The notes under the pieces are model-generated. The model saw nothing but the letters and a program-made list of their open reading frames with translations. It had not been told where the DNA came from and searched no databases. This document shows positions 41,855-53,579 of a stretch of 64,000 bases of DNA, piece by piece; position 1 is the first letter of the stretch; every line of letters starts with the position of its first letter. The stretch is from Gnetum montanum (taxonomy: Eukaryota; Plantae; Gnetophyta): contig MNCI01001600.1 of the NCBI GenBank assembly GCA_015680685.1, positions 68,233 through 132,232 of the forward strand. The letters run 5' to 3'. The translations under genes were made by a program, and so were the position numbers.

Positions 41855-42520
41855 CTAGGGGCGGGTCGGCAGCTGGTGACAGGCACACCGAGGCAACTCC
41901 AACTCATGGAGCAGGTCCAGGGTGGCACGGTGGTCCTCTGTGTCCATGAAGTTAGCGGCCTGTTGAAACCCCTGCAAAAGAGCCTAGCGCCTACGCCGGT
42001 CCGCCGAGGAATCCCTCGCATCCGGGTGGAATCTAGTGGACGTGCGCCGAATGTGTCGTCTAAGCTTCCCCCAGGAGCTCTCACAGCTAATTCCAAGGAT
42101 GCTATATGGGCAACGCCCCCCCCTGAGCCACTGGCGGGCGCTGTGTTGATGCGCCCAGTCGAGTTGCCGTTGCCGTTGCACCTCTTCCTCCTGCAGGCGT
42201 TCCTGCTCCTCCCAGGCCGTCGCCTCCTGGGCCTGTCGATCCGCCTCCTCCTGACGTAGTTCCTCCCTAATCCGGTCCCGGAGTTCATCCATGAGCTGGG
42301 CTCGCAAGGTCTCCATTGCGAGCGTATGCTACCTGTTCAGCTGTTTTGCTTGTTCCTGAAGTTGGACATCGTGGTCAGCGCGCCACTTGGCCAGGGCCTC
42401 GATCCACCGACTCTCCGAGGACCGTTGCTCGGCCTCCCGAGCCGCAGCAACCGCCTGTTGAAGCTGCGCCTCCCAGTGCGAGGGGCGCTGGGGGGGCGGG
42501 TGAGAGGGCAGGGTTGCTGT
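41855..42520 (-). pseudogene. Coiled coil plus DnaJ/J-domain encoded in the LINE 3' region
   Basis: ORFs 42329-42682 and 41984-42316 are one frame; CPYSILGISCESSWGKLRRHIRRTSTRFHPDARDSSADRRRR*ALLQGFQQAANFMDTEDHRATLD at 42112-41915. Confidence 0.75.
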
Positions 42521-42679
42521 GGGAGCGGTGGCCCCAGGAAAGGTGGAGAGCAGCCCACCGTTGTTGAGTGGAGGAAGGGGGGGAAGCAGGGGGGTCAGCG
42601 AAACTGCCCCTAGTGGGGGCAGAGGATGGGCCCGGCTCCCCCTGCCCCCCCCCCCCCCCCCCCCCCCCCCGCCCCCCTC

Positions 42680-43254
42680 CACAGGGCCAAAATAAGCCCC
42701 GAACGGCGACCCCTCCGCTAAAGGCGGAGGGCCTCAAGGAAGAAACGCGGCAGGTTTACCTGGGTGCCCTCCTTCAAGCACCGTAGGAAGGTGAAATGCA
42801 GCCCCTGGAGTTTGGACACATTCCCTGACTGCACAAAGAAGCGTTCGACCAAGACGGCCGCATGAGCCCAGAGGCGTGAAAGGGACACCCGAGGGACCTG
42901 ACGGCTATGCGTTCTCGGGGAAAACCCCTCGAAAAAGGTCGCAGAGTTATGGAGGCCACGGGAGGTTGGCAGGATGATCTCCCCAGCGGCCGGGATCCCC
43001 AGGTAGTTGGCCAGAGCAGCCTCTGTCAGGCGAATTTCTCGGCCTCGGAAGAATGTCTGATCCCCACGCTAGTTGGTAGAGAAAGAGTTGTCAGGCAGGT
43101 CAGGGTCCCCGACCAGCCGCTGCAGCAGCGCATCCCATTCGCATTGGCAAACCATCCGCCACAGCTCCTCATCCGCCTGGAAGTCCGTGCAGTCAGGCTC
43201 GTACGTCGGCGTCTGCCCCATAGCGGCCACAATCTCACGCCACGCCCGGCGGGT
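42680..43254 (-). pseudogene. Mobile-element 'extra ORF' (Transposase_32/PMD-like) domain in frame with LINE ORF2
   Basis: Manual translation: FSTN*RGDQTFFRGREIRLTEAALANYLGIPAAGE...LSRLWAHAAVLVERFFVQSGNVSKLQGLHFTFLRCLKEGTQVNLPRFFLEAL...SGLILALW. Confidence 0.6.
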
Positions 43255-46160
43255 CTACTAGATAAGTTGCTGGGGGGTAGCTGCCTGTGTAAAAACTGTG
43301 CGATTCCGCGCCTTCCAGGCGTGCCAAAGTAATAGCACCGACCAGGAATCACCGTTAAATTGCCGCGGGGGTGGGGGGTGGGGGGGTCTTCTGCATGCGT
43401 GCCAAGTGGCGCGCATGCAGCGGCAGTCATAGATGAAGTGGTTGAGGGTCTTGGGGCCGTGGCCACAACGTGAACACGTGGGGTCCTGCATGATGCTGCG
43501 CTACTGCAAAAACACATGTACGGGGAGCGCGGCGGATTTGAGCAACCAGAGAAAGATTTTTACTTTCTCGGGGAGCCACCCGCCCCAAACCGCCATCCAA
43601 CCTTCCTCAGGGGGGTATTTATGGGTCAAAAGGACACGTGGATCGAGGTGGATCCAGTTCAGATTCAACATCCATCGCACGTGCTGGCAAAGAGTCATCC
43701 AAGGCCTCGAAACATGCGAATCAGCCATCCAAAGCGTGTACTTCCGGTGAACGATACAGCCCCACTAACTGCACTCCCCCCTGAGCATGAGTGAGCCGAT
43801 AGACCAGCCGCTGCTGCCCCATCGCACACTCATCCTCGAACGTCGTGACCCCCAACCCCCCCCCCCCTCCCCACGTCATATGAGGACGGGCCGCGTGATG
43901 CCAATTGATAAGATGGAGTTTGCTCCCCCCTTTTCCCCCCTGCCATAGGAAACAGCGGATCCGGGCGTTGATCTGGTGGATGATGGCCGCGGGGGGCACG
44001 ATGACCGCTGCCACAAAGCACGTGGTGGCCGCAAGGATCCCAGTGGCCACAAGGAGGCGACCTTTGCGCGTAAGAAAATGGTTTGCCCAATGATTGATGC
44101 GATGCTCAAGCTTGGCCAGGAGGGGGGTCCAAGAATTGTTCCGCCCCCACTGGAACAGCAGGATACCTAGGTAGGTATCGGTGTTCTTCCTAGGTTGCAC
44201 GTTCAGAATTTGTGTAACCCGGTGCTGCACCTGCGGGTCCACATTAATGAAGTGCACCGCCGACTTGGTGCGGTTGATTTCTAAGCCTAACTCAGCGACC
44301 AATCTGGACAGAGCCAGGTTGATACACCGGGCCTGCGGGACCGCCGCCCGGCTAAGAAGCATGGTATCGTCAGCGTAGTGCTCAACGCGGCAAGCCACCC
44401 CCGCAATGTCAAGGCCCTCCACCCCCGAGGCACTGCAGTAGGATTTCATAAGGTCCATGGCGATGATGAAAAGCAAAGGAGACAGGGGGTCGCCTTGCCT
44501 CAGACCTCGACCAGGGGAGGAGAAGCCCCAGAGCCGCCCCCCACGTCAAAAGAGAACCCGGCGGAGGATTGGAGATGCACACACAGCTGGATAAATCCAG
44601 GGTCAAAACCTTTCCTATGCATGATGTCACGAAGGGCCTCCCAGCTAAGCGTGTCGTAAGCCTTCGCGATGTCAAGCTTGAGACAAAGTCCCGGAAACCC
44701 CGTGGCACGAAGGGAGTGAAGGACCTCCTGCATAAGAAGGACCTAGTCCTAGAGGGTCCTACCCTGGACGAAGCCCGCCTGATTGTGGCCAACCAACTTA
44801 GGCAGGAGGGGGCCCAGGCGATTGACCAGGAGTTTGGAGAAGATGCGGATGAGGACATTGCACACACCAATAGGGGAAAGTGCTCTAGGAGGTATGCATT
44901 CAGCTGCTTGGGGATACAGATGATGCACGAGCAATTGATTTCGCGCCATACTTGCCGTCTGGCCAGCATGACGTTGAAAGCATCCAAGAGATTGGGGCCC
45001 ACAATGTCCAAAAAAGCTTTGAAGAACTCCAGAGACCAGCCGTCCGGACCCGACGCTTTACCGCCTGGCATGTTGTTGATGGTGGTGGTCAATTCGGCCT
45101 CAGAGAAGGGGGCCAGAAGGCCTTGATTGTCCGCAGCCGTGAGCACCTTCGCCACACAGATGGAGATGGGCAAGGTGGTGTGCTTAACCCAAATCCTCCC
45201 CCAGTAGTCTGAGAGCTTATTGGTGATCCCCTGCAGATCATCAAACACCACCCCAGCCTGGGAACGGATGCTACAAATGTGGGTATCGCCCCAGGTCTTT
45301 GCCATGGCGAAGAAGAATTTCGTATGCCAGTCCCCCTCGCGAAGCCATCTAACCTGGGATCGCTGCCGCCAATAGAGCTCCTCCTCGCTGTCGAGACTCT
45401 GGAGTTGGCAAAGGAGGTGCATCTCCTCTGTGTGCAGGTCCTCCCCATTCTCTTGTTGCACCTGGATGCGTCCGAGCTGCGCCCGAACCAACTTGTGGCT
45501 ACCCCGAAACAAAAACTTCTCCCCCACCGGGAGGGCCCAGATGGCCCACTTGAGCCGATGGAGAGCCTCTTTGAGGAAGGTCCGAGGGTCCATCCGACCT
45601 GGTTGGTAATCAGCCCAGATGTCTTCCACCAGCGGGCGAAGCCACGACTTGGATAGCCATGAAGGTTCAAACCAAAAAGGGCGTGGGGCCCGGGGCGGGG
45701 ATGGGCCAATAAGCGAGCGCTAAGGAGGAGAGCAGAACTCACACAAACACGATCAATGCAGGTGAGAACCCGGTGCGCCCCTTTCCGCCTGTTACTCCAG
45801 GTGAAACGGCAGTTCGCAATGGGTAGATCAACAAGAGACGAGCGCTCAAGGAACTCCATGAAAGTAGGCGCACCCGGGGGGCGGCCCCCCCAGATTTCTC
45901 CCAGGGGTACAGACGCTGATTGAAGTCACTGACAACCACCCAGGAGCCGTGGTCCAGCACCAGCGAGGCCACCCGATTTAACTCCTGGAGCCGTAGCTCC
46001 CACGCCTATGCCCCATAGAAATTGGTCAGCCAAAACCCATAGGTGTGGAGGTGGATCGTGATGGTCCATGGGGAGGCATCCACCAGAGTAGAAGCCGGTC
46101 GTGCAAGAATGGCCAGGCCATCGGCCCGGCCCTGGCTGGGGTGCAGGTATGTGGCCCAGT
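43255..46160 (-). pseudogene. LINE ORF2: partial AP endonuclease, reverse transcriptase, zf-RVT
   Basis: SDFN, FTWSN, CIDR (APE); SGPDG, KLDIAKAYD, LRQGDPLSP, HYADD, YLGI (RT); CSRC..KTLNH...C and LWHAWKARNRTVF; several frameshifts and TAG stops. Confidence 0.93.
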
Positions 46161-47071
46161 CCGTCCACTATTGTTAAATTTAGTAGTAGTAAATTTTGTT
46201 ATTGTGCAACGTGTGGGAACTGCTATTGGAATTGTTGTAAGAGAGCCTCTGTTTGTAGTCACACCGTTGAACAATTCAGTAGTCGAGAGGGTTCAGAAAA
46301 TCTTTGGTATTTTGATGGGACCAGAATAGCTTCTTTTTATCCTTAAAGTGAATTCTCGTGGTTTTTCAATCAGAAATTGTCAAGTCTTTTAAAGGTTCTG
46401 TTTGAATGCAATCGTTGACATCTATTATCTAGTCAAAATGGAGTCTCATACATGATAGTTTACGCAGCAATTTTTGGTAGCATAGTAGGATTGTCTTGAA
46501 GATATTGCTTGTTTGAGCCTTGAAAGTTTGAACAATTCGTAGATATTGAATTTGGGATAGCTTTATTGCGAAGTGTTTACTCGTGTCATTTTACCTTGTT
46601 TAAATATTTGAGGTCTACACAAATATGCTTTCTTTTCTTTTCTGCTTATTTCCATCGAATCTTGCTCTATTTCTAGTTTTCTTGTGGAACTATCTCTTTC
46701 TCTGGGAAAAATTAGGAGTAGATTGTGGAGTTGTGCTCAAATGTTTTTGCAAAATTTTATTTGTTACAAGTAGGTATTATAAGGACCGCGTAGACTAGGT
46801 AGTTGAACAAAATAGAAAATTTTCAACAACTCACAGTACTGGGCAAAGTTGGCTGAATCTCTTTAAAGTAAGTCATTTGTAGTTCACACACAAAGCAATT
46901 GTTACATTTTACACAACCACACACCGCAACAGCACATACACATACTCACATTAGCTACTGAGTTTATTTGGAGGTATCTGGGCCTTGGTGTTGCCAGAGA
47001 CCAGCAGGCACCTAAATCTTATTCGAGGACACTCGTTAGCGGTCGCGTCCCAAACGGTCACCAACATTAAC

Positions 47072-48214
47072 CAATGGCAAACACCCCAAAGGTTACCTTA
47101 TCCTCAAGGTAACCTAAGGTAGTTCCACCAACCATTAACATATTATCCAAGTGGAACTCCACCACAACCCATCGAACAGCATCAATAGTGGCAACACCCA
47201 CAGTCATGGGGGATGCCACCGCTAACACAACAGTACCCTTACCGACAGCCAGACCCATATGGATATTATGTGCAGCAGCCGGTTTCTCCAAGTGATTCTA
47301 TGGGTCACACAACTCCCCAACATCACTACTAAGTTCGGGAGTACTTTAGGAGGACTCCTTCTCCTTCGAGAGACATCCCACATATATCCCATCCTCCAAC
47401 TCCATCTACACCTCTTCCACCTGTAGTTCCCATACAACCTGCTCCAACAATGCAAGGGGAACTCCCTACGCAACCGCAGTAACGTAACACTGCGAGAGCT
47501 ATAAATATTCAACCTGCTACTGATTCTGACAACTATAAGAAGAGAAGACCTTTATTCAGAACCAAAATCCTAGATAAGCTCTTGCAACAACAATCGGTTG
47601 AGCCTATGTACATTCCTCCACCATGTAAAACTTCGGAGCACCCTTCAGTCCAACAACAGAGCTGTACGCATACGGTTATGTTAACGCATACCATAACTGA
47701 CTGGATCAAGGTAGGCCACCTTCCCACGAAACTATTTGACCCTAGGAGTCCCTTAATCTATTTACAAATCACCAAGAACAAACCACATAAGGCTCTTCTT
47801 GACTTAGGTTCTGGAGTCAACTTAATTTCACAAGAAATGTATCAAGCCTGGAACCTGCCCCAACTTAAGAAGAGCAACATTCAACTTGAGCTACCTAACC
47901 AGTCCATCACCATTCCCTTGGGATTGGTGGAGGACATCATTACCACTGTGTGTGGGTGGTCATACCTAGCTGACTTCTTGGTGATAGAAGTTAACAGCAA
48001 CAACGGGGGCTTCCCAATTATAATGGGAAGGCCATGGCTAAGTACAGTAGATGCGTACCTAGGGATTCACGATCTTTCCTTGCAGATATCTAAGATAAAC
48101 ATTTATGGAAAGATCGAGAAGAAGAAAGTTTTGTGCATCACATACAGTGACTTAGAGGATGATGACATGGAAAAATGTTCAGCATCTCTTCCATGTAATC
48201 GGTGTGTCCAATAA
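47072..48214 (+). pseudogene. Remainder of A gag and aspartic protease
   Basis: KALLDLGSGVNLIS...FPIIMGRPWL in ORF 47582-48214. Confidence 0.9.
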
Positions 48215-48549
48215 ACACAAATTCAAATGTGCTTATATGTAGCAACCACACTAGTAGTAGACACCCAATGGTTGACAGCTACTAGAAAGAGCAAACCAAT
48301 ATGCATGGAACGAACTGAGGAAACAAATCATGCTAACAACAAAGGCATAGATACATTGGAGTATGAGCGTCATCGACTTCCACCCCTTAATCTAAAAACA
48401 TCAGTGGGGAGAAGTTGCGCACTTTTACAAAATTCAAATAGACGTTCATTATTTCGAATCTCTCCCTTGCAATTTAGTCATGGGGGAGATGGCCACCTAT
48501 GCTAATCATTAGAGGCCCTCAGTTCTTTTACATTTTTTTACCCATTTTT

Positions 48550-48745
48550 TATTTACAAGTTTTTGTTTAACATGTTTTTGTTTTACACATTTTTTTTTAC
48601 ACTTTTTTGTTTAACATGTTCTGTTTTACATGTTTTTGTTTTACACATTTTTGTTTTACACATTTTTGTCTTACACATTTTTGTTTTACATGTTTTTGTT
48701 TTACAAATTTCTTTAACTTTTCTTGTTTTTGTTTTACAACATCGT
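48550..48745 (+). repeat. ~15 bp TTTTGTTTTACA(CAT/TGT) minisatellite
   Basis: Visible tandem units; shorter version at ~300-395 in copy 1. Confidence 0.8.
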
Positions 48746-50527
48746 TATACTTTTCCATTTTTTGTTTGTGTTTGTGTGTGTGTTACCCACCTTGTAAGTT
48801 TGTCATCCAATAAGTGTTCTTCACGATGGTATGAACTATTTTTCATTGATTGCTAATGTTTGGTTTTTACCTTTAAGTTATGATGTTGATACTAAGGTAT
48901 GTTCTTCTGATATGGCAGGCAATGAGTCCACTTCATCCATCCATCCACAAAGTCTATGGTCTCTCTTGGCTTGGAAATTTACAATCCCTTTCTAATAAGA
49001 ACCTTCACAAACTGGTGACTAGGTATTTCTCAAACTAATGAAGGACTCAAGGTTTGAAAAGGGTGTGACTTCAAGGGAACTTGATGCATTTGTGTCGGCC
49101 ATTCTCTTGGGTGCTTGGATGTTTTCTTCTTGAGTTTTCTTGTCATTCCGATGTTACCCAATTATCAGAAGCTAAGCCAATAAAAATAACAAGTCTTTGC
49201 ATGGTGTGGTTCTCACGCATAAAAACACAAAACACAAAAACAAGAAAAAACAAAAAAAAAAAAAAGAAAAAAAGTGAGAATTCAAAGCACACCCCTTAGA
49301 CAAAATAATCTCTTGGGCTACAAGCACTGGTTATGGAACCAAAAATGTTCCCTCTAACTAAGGCCCTTCTCACTTCCCCTTCTCTTCTTATTTGTTTTGT
49401 CGGAATGGTGGTGGCTCTTTGGAGGTGCATTCTTGTTACTTCAAGAGGGTGGATTGGCCAAATACATTAATACGAAGTCACTGGATATGGTTGGTTTGAG
49501 GTCAGAGTTGGAATGATATTTACCAAGTCACATTAATCATGAAACACAAAAGGGGTTGTACACCACCTTGTTCTTGGGATTCCATTCCATTCTCTTCTCT
49601 CCACCCTTCTCTCCACTGTTCACCTCATTGTCAGTTGTATCATTAGTGTATATTTTGGTAGATACATCATTTTCTTTTTGGTAAATTCTTATGGTTAAGA
49701 CTTTAACTCTTGTTCCAAAGGACATTTCCAGAGCCTATGGACTCTTTGAATGTGGGTTTGTCAGGGCATTAAGGGCATGAGCCTGCTTTGGAGAGGACCC
49801 ACTAACATTCCTATTTGGTGCACCAATTAAATTCTTTCCCTTAACATTTTTGCAATCCATTTTATTTTCTTCATTTCCATCTTGACATCCATTTCACCGA
49901 TGTCCTAGTTGTCTTTTTTATCCATCCTTCTTATTCCTTTTCTTTTTCCATTCTCTCGCTACCGAAGGTTTGTGATTACTTATGGGGGTACAGGGCCCAA
50001 TTTTTTCGATTTTCTCCTAGCCCCTACACCTTTGGTAGTCATTAATATATCTCCAGATTCGCAATCAGCCATACCACAACTTAGCCAATGGACTTTTACT
50101 AAGGCAAGGTACCCATTACATAAAATTCATTTACCCTTGCTAATATAAGACTATGTTGTGTGTGCAGATGGCGATCATGCAACAACAGACCAGATCTGGA
50201 GGGAGCACTTGAAATGGAGTGGTGCTGAAGCAGCTTTGCCAGGAACGAGATTGATGATGTGCTTACGGATGGACAACGAAAGGCATAATTTTTATGTTGG
50301 CAGCAGCAAAACTTCTTTCTCTCTCTCTTTCTTAGCTGCCAAATGAGGCCTGACGTCAATGTAATGAGGTGTTCACCCTTGTTGTCATGAACACCAGTTT
50401 GTTGAGTCTTGTAATGATGATCCGTTCACATGTCATCCCATTAGTTTCCTTTGAGTCAATAATCCCATACCTTCCCGATATTATTGTAATGAACTCAAGG
50501 ACGAGTTTTCATTTAGTCATGGGGGTA

Positions 50528-51322
50528 TGATGGGACGCAATATCGTGTACGTGATATCGCATCTTCCCCTGCGATATCGCGTACGCGATATCGTAGTGCG
50601 CTGTCATATCTATAAATAAGAGGTGGCTCTCCCTTATTTCCTCATCCTAGGCTAGACAATAGCGAAACTCTGGCAGATTGATCACTCCAGAGATAGAATA
50701 TTTTCCATGTGCTCGCAGTAGGAGTCCTAAAGTGAATGGATCTTTATCTAAGCAGACATTGTACCTGTACACAAGTTTGTATACGGAAATAAAGACGAGC
50801 TTCTTAGATAAACCTTGCAGTACATGGAATAGGCTAATTAGGATTTTCTTTACTGTTATTTATTGCTTTGTTACTTATTAAATCTCTCTCAACCTTTCTC
50901 TTCTAGTTAAGTGCCTCAGTACGACCACTTCGAGCACGTGCGTTATGCTTGGTGATCCCAGCAACGATTAGTGTTTGGTAGCCAAGGTTGCATCGGTTCA
51001 GGGTGTGTACGGTAAGTGGGAACGAATGCTGACACTAGGTTAATTTATACTTAGTTCATTAGTTAGCATTGGTAATTAGTTTCTCAACCCTTCACCTTGT
51101 TAGCATAGGAGAAAAAAATCATAAAAAGCATAAAAATCATATACCTCAGACTTACTTAACCATACGCTGTGACAACTACAAGTAAGTTTGGGAAGACAAC
51201 GAATGATTAAGCCTAAGTGTTTCATGAGGCGTGTAGGCACTTAGTCTACGGAGTTTGACCGGATCGCGCGTGCTACGCTCACATTCATATGGTTGAGTGT
51301 AGGGGTACCTCGCCACTCATCA
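50528..51322 (+). repeat. 3' LTR of A copy 2 (795 bp)
   Basis: Follows GTCATGGGGGTA; TGATGGGAC...CTCATCA. Confidence 0.95.
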
Positions 51323-52666
51323 CTTATCATTGAATAGTTCTAACATGGCACTCCATCTTCTAATTAATTCTAGTTCTAAGAACTTGTACTAGCTCTTTTC
51401 CTCCTTGATGATTATTCTTGGGAATGGCTTTAACTTCTAGCAATCATTCTCTATGTTTCATAGAGCACATGCATCATGAAATGCTTGAAGGTGGTGTTAT
51501 AGATCAGTATTGTAATCCCCTTCAAATTTAAGAATGTTATTCATGTCAAGTTGTTTGATGTGATTGTCCCTTAGATGTTTTCTTAGAATGTACATTGCTT
51601 CTCTTATGGTAATCGTGTTTCATGTGGCTAATAGGAGTTCTTCATAGTCTTTATTATAGTAGTGACTTCTCTAATGCTCATGATGCTCTCTTCTCCCATG
51701 CCTTATTTCTTTTTCTCTTTCTTCTTCATCATCTTCTTATTCATCAGGATGCCTTCTTCTATCTGCACATCTGTCATGATCTCTTCTTTTCTCCTTGTCA
51801 TGGTCTCTTTATCTTTGTCCTCCCTTGTTAGAATCTATTGATGAATGTGATGAAGCAGATGAAGGACTTGGAGAGTGATTCTAGCTAGCTCTCATTCTAT
51901 GATTCCTTGATTCATCTCTTTTGGATTTGTTAGAGGTCCTAGGTCTTGGGTCCCTTCTAAGTTTGGAGACTACCTCATCCCTTCTAGGAGTTTCTACAAG
52001 AGCTAAATAAATTTTTAACTACACAAGATCTTTAATGTATGTAGAAGGTGATCAAGACTTGGATCTATTGTGATGATCAAACTTCTTAATCTTGTATAGT
52101 ATATCTTCCTTTATTCATAAGGATGATTGGCCTTGGTGCCCTTTGCATTTCTCTTATTTGTATATTGCTTCCATGATAGAATCTCTCCTAGCTTGAGCCT
52201 CTATTAGCTAGTATTATCTTATCATATTTTTGTGACTTGGTAACCTTCCTATATGTGGCCAAGAGGTGATCCAAGTAAAGCTACTTGAAGCATAGATAAT
52301 TCTGAATGGTTTGATTACACAACAATATCTCTTGTAAGTCTCTTCATCTAAATTGTTCATCCTAGTGAAAAATGAATGTAAAATCAAGGTAATATGGATC
52401 ATTATGAGCATATGATATTTTGGTTTACATCAGTCCACTTTAATTTTCCTCATTTCAGTTTCTATCTTTGCTTTCATTAAGCTCAATAGCATATGGAGAT
52501 TTCACTCTAGGTGTAGATGAAATTTTCAATTAGTTAATGCTTCAATGTGTGTTTTAAAAAATTATTTTAAGTGTTGAAAGATGAATTTGAAAATACTCAA
52601 TACAATTAACTACGATAAAATTAACTAACTAGTAAACATTAATATCGTCTCTAGCAACAATGTTAA

Positions 52667-53520
52667 TGATGAGCAATGAGAGTTCCAACACTTAATCATA
52701 CAAGTCACAAGTGTACATGTGCAAAAAAATCATAATCCATGGATAGGATAATGTAAGTATACTAGCAAGTTAATAAGTTTGTAATTGGTGTCCTCTCATT
52801 AGAGTTATCAAGGTTCAAAACATATGGTTATGTGAGGTATATGATTGAATGATGTTATATGGCTCTTAGGATACTAATGTAAAACACAATGAATGAAGTA
52901 TGAATTCTAATAACTAAGAACAATGTAATTGTAAAGCTATTCTAGCCTAACGATGATAAGTATTCATTCCCAACTTACTGGACACACCTTGTACTCATAT
53001 AATCATTACTGAGATTGCCAATTAATTGGCTACTGAACAAATCAATCTTAGCCACTAGTGGGTTACCAAATGATTATATTTGTGTACTTGAAATCGATCG
53101 TACTTATTCTGCCAATTAACTAATAGACATTAAAATGTAAATGACATGGAAATGTAAATTACATAGGAAATATAAATCACATAAGAAAGTATATCTAATC
53201 TAGGCAAGCTGCTTTAATGCTGAGAGATAATCTCCATCTTTATTTCTGACCATGGAATGTATCTAGGTAAAATCCTCTCGAATAAATACATCATGCAACT
53301 ATTAACTGCTATACTGCAGCCATTGAGAACTAGCTCTAACTTTATGAAAATAAACTACAAGAGTTTCAGGAAAGGTTTAACCAAAGATAAAATTTGACAT
53401 GATAATAGATTCATATTTATAGGCATGACCATGGCCCACTACATTACATCTACGATATGGTATATTGAGCTACGATATCATATGTACGATATCATATTTT
53501 CAATATCGTAGCCAAGGATG
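52667..53520 (-). repeat. Decayed 5' LTR of element D
   Basis: TGATGAGC at 52667 next to a decayed PBS; TACGATATC repeats and ATTTATAG near 53415-53510. Confidence 0.65.
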
Positions 53521-53579
53521 AAATACTTGATTTACCACCTACCAAAAGAAAAGAAAACACTCTATTTTAAGGTTTCAAC

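Larger units (their letters stand above)
41509..46165 (-). mobile_element. 5'-truncated L1-clade LINE with an unusually extended 3' coding region
   Basis: A9 tail at 41509-41517 after an AATAAT signal; sharp GC-rich boundaries; APE, RT and zinc-knuckle motifs; no ORF1. Confidence 0.92.
39355..47066 (+). mobile_element. Family B solo LTR (~3.05 kb without the LINE)
   Basis: TGTTGG...CCAACA termini, perfect TSD TTAAC (39350-39354, 47067-47071), TATA-like CCTATAAAA ~41181, no PBS/PPT or internal domains. Confidence 0.9.
36452..51322 (+). mobile_element. Full-length non-autonomous Athila-like LTR retrotransposon, family A copy 2
   Basis: Perfect 5 bp TSD CTTAT (36447-36451, 51323-51327), two LTRs, PBS, PPT, gag and protease only. 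Confidence 0.95.
10159..53520 (-). mobile_element. Old Athila-like Ty3/gypsy element D, the host of the nested insertions (ends approximate)
   Basis: 5' LTR ~52667-53520 with decayed PBS; gag ~52500-51330 and ~36450-34200; protease 33922-34167 (KVFLDSYFGVNLIS); RT ~33250-32150; RNase H split by F at HT(N/D)HSAIRFMMNKP; integrase ~14900-13530. Confidence 0.75.

Noticed and set aside
39590-46165. Bacterial contamination or horizontal transfer suggested by the GC jump
   Set aside because: Explained by a young plant LINE with a poly(A) tail inside a TSD-flanked LTR
41491-46180. Target-site duplication for the LINE
   Set aside because: Flanks (CACTTGTGTTTAAA vs CACTATTGTTAAA) are only loosely similar, so no TSD is claimed and the 5' boundary is approximate
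41494-46346. Many plus-strand and alternative-frame ORFs in the GC-rich block
   Set aside because: Shadow ORFs of the minus-strand LINE; high GC suppresses stops and they have no recognisable motifs
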